DNA from: Bacteroidota bacterium | Lineage (GTDB): Bacteria; Bacteroidota; Bacteroidia; Bacteroidales; JABHKC01 | DNA length: 64,000 nt | Direction of reading: 5' to 3' | Assembly (NCBI GenBank): GCA_018692315.1 | Contig: JABHKC010000098.1 | Location: 6,572-70,571 of the forward strand | Program-made: the position numbers and the translations under genes | The notes under the pieces: model-generated | Databases searched by the model: none | Told to the model about the DNA's origin: nothing | What the model saw: only the letters and a program-made list of their open reading frames with translations | Shown here: piece after piece, positions 11,891 to 19,895 of the stretch | How positions within the stretch are numbered: the first letter of the stretch is position 1 | How the letters are laid out: each line of letters opens with the position of its first letter

Positions 11891-12484
11891 AATAAATAGA
11901 ACATTTAATTTTAAAAGCCGTGAAGATAAATCTTAAATTTTAAATTGCAAATTGCTCATATATTTTTCTTGATTTTAACATAAACAAAATTTGCTGCAAG
12001 GGAAATATGATAACATTCATTACCAAGTATTTTTGTAAAAATACAATTCTACATATCAGTAATTGTTAAAATGTTCCAATTCCACAAGAAAGAAAATCTA
12101 ATAAATCTTTGTAAATTAATTGTCTAAGAATTGGGAATAGTTAAAAAACATAGTCTGATTTTCAAAACCACCCTATCTACTCTTTTGTCTGCATAATTAA
12201 TATACATTTGTTTCAATGATTATTGATGCGATGTTGAACAATTTTAAAATATGCTTAATTCCTAACTTATTGAAAAGGAATAACACTGATATTAGCGATA
12301 ATGCAGTTAAAAGCAATTGCACCAAACATGATTTATGCAACTATTATATTTCAACTCTTGTCTAAATGACCAAAATGATTTCATGAATAAAATACATTCA
12401 CTATATATTTTTCGTTCAGGCCTATTTTACTAAAGCCAATTAAAATTTAGTAATATTAATTAATCACAAATAAATTATCGATTT

Positions 12485-12850
12485 ATGAAAAAACTATCCG
12501 GACTATTTTTAATATTCGTTTTCACAATTTTCAGTTTTTCTGTAGTTGCACAAGATGTTTCTACAAATCTGAAAGAAAAATTTAAAGTTTATGGCAACTG
12601 TGGAATGTGTAAAAGCAAAATTGAAAAGGCTGCCAATTCTGTTGAAGGAGTGAAAAGTGCCAAATGGAATGTTGAAACCAAAAAAATTATAGTAAAATTT
12701 GATAGCTCAAAAACAACTAATGAAGCTATTAAAAAAGCAATTGCTAAAGTAGGATATGATACAGAAGAATTTAGGGCTAAAGATGAGACATATAATGCCT
12801 TACATAGTTGCTGTAAATATGACCGACCAGCAGTGAAGAAAAACAAATAA
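12485..12850 (+). CDS. secreted heavy-metal-associated (HMA) domain protein
   Basis: Signal peptide followed by GNCGMCKSKIEKA (GMxCxxC-type metal-binding loop). Confidence 0.75.
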   Translation: MKKLSGLFLIFVFTIFSFSVVAQDVSTNLKEKFKVYGNCGMCKSKIEKAANSVEGVKSAKWNVETKKIIVKFDSSKTTNEAIKKAIAKVGYDTEEFRAKDETYNALHSCCKYDRPAVKKNK

Positions 12851-12873
12851 ATAATAATTCAAACTTTAACAAA

Positions 12874-13698
12874 ATGAGAAAATCAATAATTTTAATATTA
12901 AGCATTTTATACGCTGTATCAATATTTTCACAAGAATACGCAACTGACTTTACAGTTGATGATTGTGATGGGATTTCCCATAATCTTTTCAGCGAATTGG
13001 ATGAAGGAAAAGTAATTGTAATTACCTGGGTAATGCCTTGTTTTAGTTGTATAGGACCTGCAATGGGAGCTTATACAGGAGCTATGAGTTTTGAGAATTC
13101 ACATCCCGGGCAGGTATTATATTATATGTGCGATGATTATGCCAATAACAGTTGTTCATCAATAAGTTCATGGGCAGGAAGTAATAATATGGGAGAAGCC
13201 GATGCTTATTTTTCACATTCCGATATAAACATGAGTGATTATGGCTCAGCCGGAATGCCAAAAACAATTGTGGTTGGGTGTATAGAACACAAAGTATATT
13301 ATAATATGAATTACTCTGCCAATGGTATAGAAGATGCAATTAATGAAGCATTGCTTGATTGCAATATTGATACTAGTACTATTGATACTAGTACTATTGA
13401 TACTAGTAATACTAATTTAGTTAATGAAATTGGTAAAAGTAGTTTTGGTTTGAACATGTTTCCAAATCCTGTACAAAATACAGTTACTGTTTCATTCGAA
13501 ATGATTGAATCATCAATGGTAACTATAGATGTTCTAAACTTAACAGGAGAAACTGTGCTAAATATGTCAAATTCATTTCAAACTGTTGGATCTATTGACA
13601 TACAGTTCAATACAGATATATTAAGTAATGGTTGCTATTTTCTGAGAATTCAATCAGAAACAGGATTTGAGATTGCAAAATTCTCTGTTGCACATTAA
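12874..13698 (+). CDS. T9SS cargo protein with CxxC (thioredoxin-like) N-terminal domain
   Basis: Signal peptide; VITWVMPCFSCIGPA CxxC context; C-terminal MFPNPVQNTVTVSF...GCYFLRI sorting domain; internal TSTID x3 repeat. Confidence 0.6.
   Translation: MRKSIILILSILYAVSIFSQEYATDFTVDDCDGISHNLFSELDEGKVIVITWVMPCFSCIGPAMGAYTGAMSFENSHPGQVLYYMCDDYANNSCSSISSWAGSNNMGEADAYFSHSDINMSDYGSAGMPKTIVVGCIEHKVYYNMNYSANGIEDAINEALLDCNIDTSTIDTSTIDTSNTNLVNEIGKSSFGLNMFPNPVQNTVTVSFEMIESSMVTIDVLNLTGETVLNMSNSFQTVGSIDIQFNTDILSNGCYFLRIQSETGFEIAKFSVAH
13367..13411 (+). repeat. 15-bp in-frame tandem repeat x3 (attgatactagtact) encoding TSTID
   Basis: Three consecutive units read directly; the last unit differs at one base. 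Confidence 0.9.
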
Positions 13699-13854
13699 GG
13701 GTTTATAAATAAACTATCCATCTGTACTTGTTCTTTTGTCCATTTTCTTCGTTGTAAAAGTATTAAATAAACTGTGGCTATTCGCAACTTTTACGCCTTG
13801 AAAATAAACAAAATATATTCGTACATTTTGAATACTTTATTTATTTACAAACCC
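13699..13854 (+). mobile_element. MITE-like element, copy A (156 bp)
   Basis: gggtttataaataaa ... tttatttacaaaccc terminal inverted repeats; flanked by TAA on both sides (the left TAA is the stop codon of the upstream gene); reverse complement matches 19732-19890. Confidence 0.8.
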
Positions 13855-13957
13855 TAAGTTGTGATTCAACGAAAATTCAATATTTTTTAATTGGCGTTTT
13901 CTAATAGCCACTTATTTATTTAAAAATACATACCAGAGGTATGTGAAAATTAATTTT

Positions 13958-14989
13958 ATGCGTATTATTTTTATAGTAGTTTTAGGCCTATTTGTATTTT
14001 TTGATGGAAATTCTCAAGGTTGTTGTTCAGGTGGAAATGGGAGCCCTATTGCCGGTGGATTTTCACAAGGAGTTTTAAGGGCTAAACAAATAGAACTGGC
14101 AGGTAATTTCAGGTATTCGAGCAGCAATAAGTTTTTTGTAGAAGATAGGGATACTTTACCATTGTTTGATGAATTAAGTAGTAAGTACTTGTATTTGAGA
14201 GCAGGATATGGAATAACCAAGAAGTTAACAATGGAGCTTTCTTTTGGGTATTTTTTTGATAAGAGACTGGTTGAATTGAAAGATCGTAATCTTGAAGATC
14301 TTCATTCATCAGGTTTTGGAGATTTATTAATTTTTCCAAGATATGATGTATATTATAAGTCGTCAGCTTCAAGAAAAACAGAAATTACTATTGGCTTAGG
14401 GTATAAGATCCCATTAGGCTCAAACTCTGATTCATCAGTTGTTTTTGTTAGTCCGGAGGGAGAAAAATATTATGCAATTTCTGCACCAACAGTACAACCC
14501 TCCAACGGTTCACAAGACATTATTTTCTATTTGTTTGCTTTGAGAGCATACCCTTTAAAGAAGGTAAACTTTTTTGCTAATGCTTTATTTATTAAAAAAG
14601 GGTATAATTCATTGGGGCAAAAATTTGGCAACTATACAAGTGTGGGATTGTTTGCAAATAAAACATTTTTTACAAAATTCGGACTTACAACTCAACTAAA
14701 AGCTGAATGGATTGGAGAAATCAAATCGGCAAAAAATATTGACCTAATTGCCTATTATAATCTTGACCCAAATTCTACCGGATCAAAAAAACTGTTCTTT
14801 ATACCTCAGTTAAGTTACACTTTTAGACAACTTACTTTTTTTGGTTTAGCCGAGATACCAATGTATCAATATGTTAATGGAAATCAGGTAGGTTCTGAAC
14901 TTAGTATAACATTTGGTTTATCATATCGTTTCAGTAAGTTCTGTTCCGATCCTGTTTTGTTAGATGAACCTATAAAATCTGTTAATTAA
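13958..14989 (+). CDS. putative outer-membrane beta-barrel protein
   Basis: Signal peptide (ATG at 13958 preferred over the GTG at 13943); alternating beta-strand-like pattern; C-terminal aromatic-rich strands; Cys/Gly-rich mature N-terminus GCCSGGNGSPIAGG. Confidence 0.45.
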   Translation: MRIIFIVVLGLFVFFDGNSQGCCSGGNGSPIAGGFSQGVLRAKQIELAGNFRYSSSNKFFVEDRDTLPLFDELSSKYLYLRAGYGITKKLTMELSFGYFFDKRLVELKDRNLEDLHSSGFGDLLIFPRYDVYYKSSASRKTEITIGLGYKIPLGSNSDSSVVFVSPEGEKYYAISAPTVQPSNGSQDIIFYLFALRAYPLKKVNFFANALFIKKGYNSLGQKFGNYTSVGLFANKTFFTKFGLTTQLKAEWIGEIKSAKNIDLIAYYNLDPNSTGSKKLFFIPQLSYTFRQLTFFGLAEIPMYQYVNGNQVGSELSITFGLSYRFSKFCSDPVLLDEPIKSVN

Positions 14990-15140
14990 CTTTTCATATC
15001 GGAAATACTTAATTCAATTGTATTGAAACTTTGTAGTGCATTTAAGTAAATGTTATGTTAAAATTTCTACTATTTCTTTGTTACAAATCAGTGTACTGAA
15101 TAGTTATTATGATAAGGCTTCAAAATAATTCCTTTTTAAA

Positions 15141-15180
15141 CTTTGTGCAACTTTGAGCTACTCTGAGCAACTTTGTGTAA
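15141..15180 (+). repeat. four tandem degenerate 10-bp units (ctttgtgcaa ctttgagcta ctctgagcaa ctttgtgtaa)
   Basis: Read directly; followed by inverted cacaaag copies at 15190-15208. Confidence 0.8.
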
Positions 15181-15484
15181 AAGCTGTTTCACAAAGAATC
15201 ACAAAAGCCCCGATAGATATTGCGGCTGAGTTTCACAGAGAAAGTAAATTATGAACTTCAAGTTTCCGACACTGATTAGTTACATTTCTTTTAATACATT
15301 CAATTTCAATCAGGGATAATAGTTTCTCAAAACAGAATTCTATCAATACACAGATATTTAAAACTATTTTCTACTGGTATAGTGAAATTAATCGAAAATG
15401 AAATGTTTCAAATGCACCAATTTTTGATGTCCGAATAGAAGTATTTCATATATAAATGCAACCAAAAGATAAAATAAAAAGCCC

Positions 15485-15492
15485 TACTTTTG
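15485..15492 (+). promoter_or_regulatory. candidate -7 promoter box (TAnnTTTG)
   Basis: tacttttg lies 17 bp upstream of the ATG at 15509. Confidence 0.35.
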
Positions 15493-15508
15493 AGAAAAAT
15501 TTATTATT

Positions 15509-18500
15509 ATGAGAAAAAAGTTAATTATTATAGTGTTAACCATACTATTAGGAAGTTTTACAAATAATTTAGAAGCTCAGGCATGGTTAGAAAATAGTTC
15601 AAAAACAGAATCAACAGAAGGAATTTCAGATTTGAATTTTTTTGAAATTCAAAAAGCATTTAATCAATATTGGGAAAACAAACCTTATGAAAAAGGAAAA
15701 GGTTGGAAACAATTCAAAAGATGGGAGAATTTTGTAGAGCAACGAGTTTCGACAGATGGAAAAATAAATAATTCCATTTTCTGGTCAGAATATCAGAAAA
15801 AAATCAATAAAACTAAAAATAAGGCAAGCGTAGCAAATTGGACTGCAATGGGACCATTCGATACTCCCTTAAGCATGGACAATAGTTATAAAACAGGTTC
15901 TGGGCGTGTCAATTGCGTAGCTTTTCACCCAACAAATCAGGACATAATGTGGATTGGAGCACCGGCTGGCGGTTTATGGAAAACCACAGATGGGGGTGCA
16001 AGTTGGATAACAACAACAGACGATCTTCCAAGTATCGGAGTTTCAGACATTGCTGTAGATCCAAACAATCCTGATATTATCTATATTGCTACCGGTGATG
16101 GAGATGCCGGAGATACCTATTCGGTAGGCATATTAAAATCTCTTGATGGAGGTTTAAGCTGGCAAACTATCGGTTTAAACTTTTTCATATATGAAGAAAT
16201 AATAGTAAGACGACTATTGATAAATCCTTCAAATTCAAATATTTTGATTGCAGCAAGCAATGATGGAATTTATAAAACTATCGATGCCGGACAAAGTTGG
16301 ACAAATGTGCAAACAGGACATTTTAAAGATTTGGAATTTATGCCAAACAACCCAACAATTATATACGCTACAAAATATGGCGGATTTGGTGGCGGAAAAA
16401 TTTATAGATCGACCAATAGTGGCGACTCATTCACCGAGCTAAACACAGGTGTTAGTTCCAACGATGTCAATAGAATTGAGCTTGCAGTTACACCGGCAAA
16501 TTCTAATTTAGTATATGCACTTTTCAGCGATGCAAATAATGATGGATTTTATGCAACCTATAAATCAAGCGATGCAGGAGACAACTGGACGCAAACATTT
16601 TCGGGTAGTAATATGAATTTGTTAGGCTGGTCTGAAAATGGAAACGATGTTGGCGGGCAAGGCTGGTACGACCTGTCATTAGCGGTTTCTCCAACAAATG
16701 AAAATATTGTTTTTGTTGGAGGTGTAAACATTTGGAAATCGGTAAATGGCGGTAGTAGCTGGAATTGCAATGGCCACTGGTACGGTGCAGCAGGGATTGA
16801 GTATGTACATGCCGATCAGCATGTTTTAGCTTACAATGTAAATACCGGAGTATTGTTTTCAGGAAACGATGGAGGTTTTTACAAAACACAAAATGATGGT
16901 TCGAGCTGGACTGATATTAGCGATGGCCTCGAAATTTTGCAAATTTACCGCATTGGTTCATCTGCCACAAATGCCGGAATTGTAGTTGGAGGAACCCAGG
17001 ACAATGGTACTATGAAAATAAATTCCGGACAGTGGAACAATATTCTTGGAGGAGATGGAATGGAATGTATGATTGATTTCAATAATCCAAATATTATTTA
17101 TAGCACATATTATTACGGTAGTCTTCATAAATCGACAAATGGCGGTTTCACCTTTAACGACATTTCTCCTGCCAGCAATGGAGCCTGGGTAACACCATAC
17201 GCTATGCATCCTACAAATAGCAATACTTTATATGCAGGATATAGCAATGTTTATAAAACCACAAACGGCGGAAATAGTTGGGATCAGATTTCGTCGAACC
17301 TAACCGGTGGTACAGACTTGCAATCTTTAGCTATTGCAAAATCTAACCCTGATTATATATATACAGCAACTTACGACAATATATACAAAACAACCAATGG
17401 TGGCACCAATTGGGAAAATATTACATCAGGATTACCAAGCAATCCAAGCATTAAATATATTGCAATTTCAAGTACAGATCCTAACAAACTTTGGGTAACT
17501 TTTTCGGGCTTTTACACTTCTTATAAAGTCTATATGTCGGAAGATGGTGGAAATATATGGCAAAATTTTTCCGACAGCCTTCCAAATGTTCCTGCGAATT
17601 GTATTGTTTATGAAGATGATTCTAACGATGCCCTATATGTCGGAACAGACATAGGTGTTTATTACAGAAACGATTCTATTCCATATTGGATAGCATTTGA
17701 CGATGGTTTGCCAAATGTGGTAGTTTACGAACTTGAAATTCAATATTCAGAGAAAAAAATCAGAGCCGGCACTTTCGGGAGAGGTTTGTGGGAGTCTGAT
17801 CTATATTCAGAGCCAATGGCTCCAATATCTAACTTTCAGTTTACAAATACCTCAGATTGCAATGGGATTGTGAGTTTTGAAGATATTTCAGCAGGATTAC
17901 CAGAAACATGGGAATGGATTTTCGGAGACGGAAGTTCCTCTTTCGAGCAAAACCCAATTCATATTTATAACGATACTGGAATTTTTGTTGTTCAATTGAT
18001 TACTGAAAATAGTCTTGGAACAGATACTAATTTTTTGGAAATTTCAATTAGTTTAAATTCAGACTTGCCTGTAGTGTCGGGCGATGAACGTTGCGGCGAA
18101 GGTAGCCTACTTTTACAAGCAGATGCAAGCGGGCAAATCAACTGGTATGAAAACGAAATTGGAGGAAATTCATTAGATACAGGCGATTTTTTCCAAACTC
18201 CGATAATAACAAATAGTACAACTTTTTTTGCTGAAAACGAAATTGGCGGAGCTCAGTTTTATGGAGGAAAATTTGATAATTCCGGCGGAGGCGGTTATTA
18301 TAGTGGGAATAATCCATGGGGTTTGGTTTTTGACTGTTTGGAGGCATCAGAAATTGTTTCGGTTAAAGTATATTTTGACCCATCTGAAAGTGCCGGCAAT
18401 AGAGAGATAATGCTTCTCGACGAAAACAACTCCATAGTTCAATCTGCAAGTGTATTTGTTCCTCAGGGCGAAAGCCGAATAAATTTAGGTTTTGAAGTTC

Positions 18501-19231
18501 AGCCGGGAAGTAATTACAAATTAGTAGGGCAAAGTTCTCCAAATATGTACAGAAATAACAATGGTGGAATAGCTTATCCTTTCAACATTTCAAATTTGAT
18601 AACTATTACACAAAGCAGTCTCGACCTTTCGGGCTATGACCCAATAGATTATTACTATTTTTTTTACGATTGGGAAGTAAAAGAAATAAGCTGCAGAAGC
18701 AACAGAGTTCCGGTGCTTGCAACAATTAATCCAAATCCAACAGCAGATTTTTCATATATTACTGATAATTTGAATGTTCAATTCACTAACAATAGCCCGA
18801 ATGCAAATTCATATTATTGGGATTTTGGAGATGGGAATTTTAGCAGCGAGGCAAATCCTGTCCACAATTATTCATCTAACGGCATTTTTGAAATTACATA
18901 TATTGCAAGTTCTCAAAATTGTAGCGATACAATAACTCAAACAATCGATTTGACATATTCTACCGTAGAATTTTCTTTTATAGAAAAACTTAAAATTCTA
19001 CCAAATCCAAATTCTGGCGTTTTCATTATTGACTTTTCAATAGCCCAAGAAGAAAACATAAAATTAGAAATAGTGAATCTTGCTGGACAATCTGTTTATT
19101 CTGAAGAATTAACAAATTTCTCGGGGAAATATTCAAAAGAAATTCATCTCTCAGATATCGCAAAAGGAATTTATCAAATTCAAATTTCTTCTAAAGATAA
19201 AATCATAAATAGAAAGTTTAGTGTTGAGTAA
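15509..19231 (+). CDS. T9SS cargo protein with BNR/Asp-box repeats and PKD domains
   Basis: Signal peptide; many S-x-D-x-G-x-SW boxes; two PKD signatures (WIFGDGSSS...NPIHIY, WDFGDGNFS...NPVHNY); C-terminal LPNPNSGVF...GIYQIQI sorting domain; paralog of 3889-6996. Confidence 0.75.
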   Translation: MRKKLIIIVLTILLGSFTNNLEAQAWLENSSKTESTEGISDLNFFEIQKAFNQYWENKPYEKGKGWKQFKRWENFVEQRVSTDGKINNSIFWSEYQKKINKTKNKASVANWTAMGPFDTPLSMDNSYKTGSGRVNCVAFHPTNQDIMWIGAPAGGLWKTTDGGASWITTTDDLPSIGVSDIAVDPNNPDIIYIATGDGDAGDTYSVGILKSLDGGLSWQTIGLNFFIYEEIIVRRLLINPSNSNILIAASNDGIYKTIDAGQSWTNVQTGHFKDLEFMPNNPTIIYATKYGGFGGGKIYRSTNSGDSFTELNTGVSSNDVNRIELAVTPANSNLVYALFSDANNDGFYATYKSSDAGDNWTQTFSGSNMNLLGWSENGNDVGGQGWYDLSLAVSPTNENIVFVGGVNIWKSVNGGSSWNCNGHWYGAAGIEYVHADQHVLAYNVNTGVLFSGNDGGFYKTQNDGSSWTDISDGLEILQIYRIGSSATNAGIVVGGTQDNGTMKINSGQWNNILGGDGMECMIDFNNPNIIYSTYYYGSLHKSTNGGFTFNDISPASNGAWVTPYAMHPTNSNTLYAGYSNVYKTTNGGNSWDQISSNLTGGTDLQSLAIAKSNPDYIYTATYDNIYKTTNGGTNWENITSGLPSNPSIKYIAISSTDPNKLWVTFSGFYTSYKVYMSEDGGNIWQNFSDSLPNVPANCIVYEDDSNDALYVGTDIGVYYRNDSIPYWIAFDDGLPNVVVYELEIQYSEKKIRAGTFGRGLWESDLYSEPMAPISNFQFTNTSDCNGIVSFEDISAGLPETWEWIFGDGSSSFEQNPIHIYNDTGIFVVQLITENSLGTDTNFLEISISLNSDLPVVSGDERCGEGSLLLQADASGQINWYENEIGGNSLDTGDFFQTPIITNSTTFFAENEIGGAQFYGGKFDNSGGGGYYSGNNPWGLVFDCLEASEIVSVKVYFDPSESAGNREIMLLDENNSIVQSASVFVPQGESRINLGFEVQPGSNYKLVGQSSPNMYRNNNGGIAYPFNISNLITITQSSLDLSGYDPIDYYYFFYDWEVKEISCRSNRVPVLATINPNPTADFSYITDNLNVQFTNNSPNANSYYWDFGDGNFSSEANPVHNYSSNGIFEITYIASSQNCSDTITQTIDLTYSTVEFSFIEKLKILPNPNSGVFIIDFSIAQEENIKLEIVNLAGQSVYSEELTNFSGKYSKEIHLSDIAKGIYQIQISSKDKIINRKFSVE

Positions 19232-19250
19232 TGAATTTTCAGCTCTAAAA

Positions 19251-19290
19251 TATTCAGTAGGAAGTTAGTAAAAAATCTTCCTATTGAATA
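19251..19290. terminator. hairpin between convergent genes (bidirectional terminator candidate)
   Basis: tattcagtaggaag (19251-19264) / cttcctattgaata (19277-19290), 13 of 14 bp; the right arm overlaps the last codons of the ATL gene. Confidence 0.45.
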
Positions 19291-19637
19291 TTTTGAGCAG
19301 GGTCCCAAAACTTTTCCTTAAAATTTACAATCTTGTTATTTTCTATTATTATACCTTCACTTTCAAGAAGTTCTCTCATCGTATTTGCCCACCCAAAATG
19401 ATTTTTCCCGGTCAAAAGTCCATTTCTATTGACTACTCTGTGAGCCGGAACAAATTCTGCTTGCTCTGCCGATTTGTTCAATGCCCAGCCAACCATTCGT
19501 GTTGAACCCGGCGAAGCTAAAAACTTTGCAATTGCTCCATAGGAAGTTATTCGCCCGGGCGGAATAAGTCTGGTAGTTTTGTAAACTTTTTGAAAAAAAC
19601 TGGTTTCCTCATCTGGTTTTGCAATTTTTGTAGTCAT
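19281..19637 (-). CDS. MGMT-family alkyltransferase-like (ATL) protein lacking the acceptor cysteine
   Basis: 118 aa; DNA-binding-domain pattern ...SYGAIAK... and PAHRVVNRNG where active alkyltransferases have PCHRV. Confidence 0.8.
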   Translation of the reverse strand: MTTKIAKPDEETSFFQKVYKTTRLIPPGRITSYGAIAKFLASPGSTRMVGWALNKSAEQAEFVPAHRVVNRNGLLTGKNHFGWANTMRELLESEGIIIENNKIVNFKEKFWDPAQNIQ

Positions 19638-19731
19638 TAGTGTTGTTTTCTGAATTAACTATTCTTCAATTATAAATCTAACAATTCAAATCATAATATC
19701 TTTTATTAAAAATCGTGCACTCAGATTCTTA

Positions 19732-19890
19732 GGGTTTGTAAAAAATAAAGTATTCAAAATGTACGAAGATATTTTGTTTATTTTCAAGGCGTAAAAGTTG
19801 CAAATAGCCACAGTTTATTTAATGCTTTTTCAACGAAGAAAATGGACAAAAGAACAAGTACAGATGGATAGTTTATTTATTTACAAACCC
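19732..19890 (-). mobile_element. MITE-like element, copy B (159 bp, inverted relative to copy A)
   Basis: Reverse complement of 13699-13854 with about ten substitutions/indels by manual alignment; flanked by TTA on both sides. Confidence 0.8.
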
Positions 19891-19895
19891 TTAAA

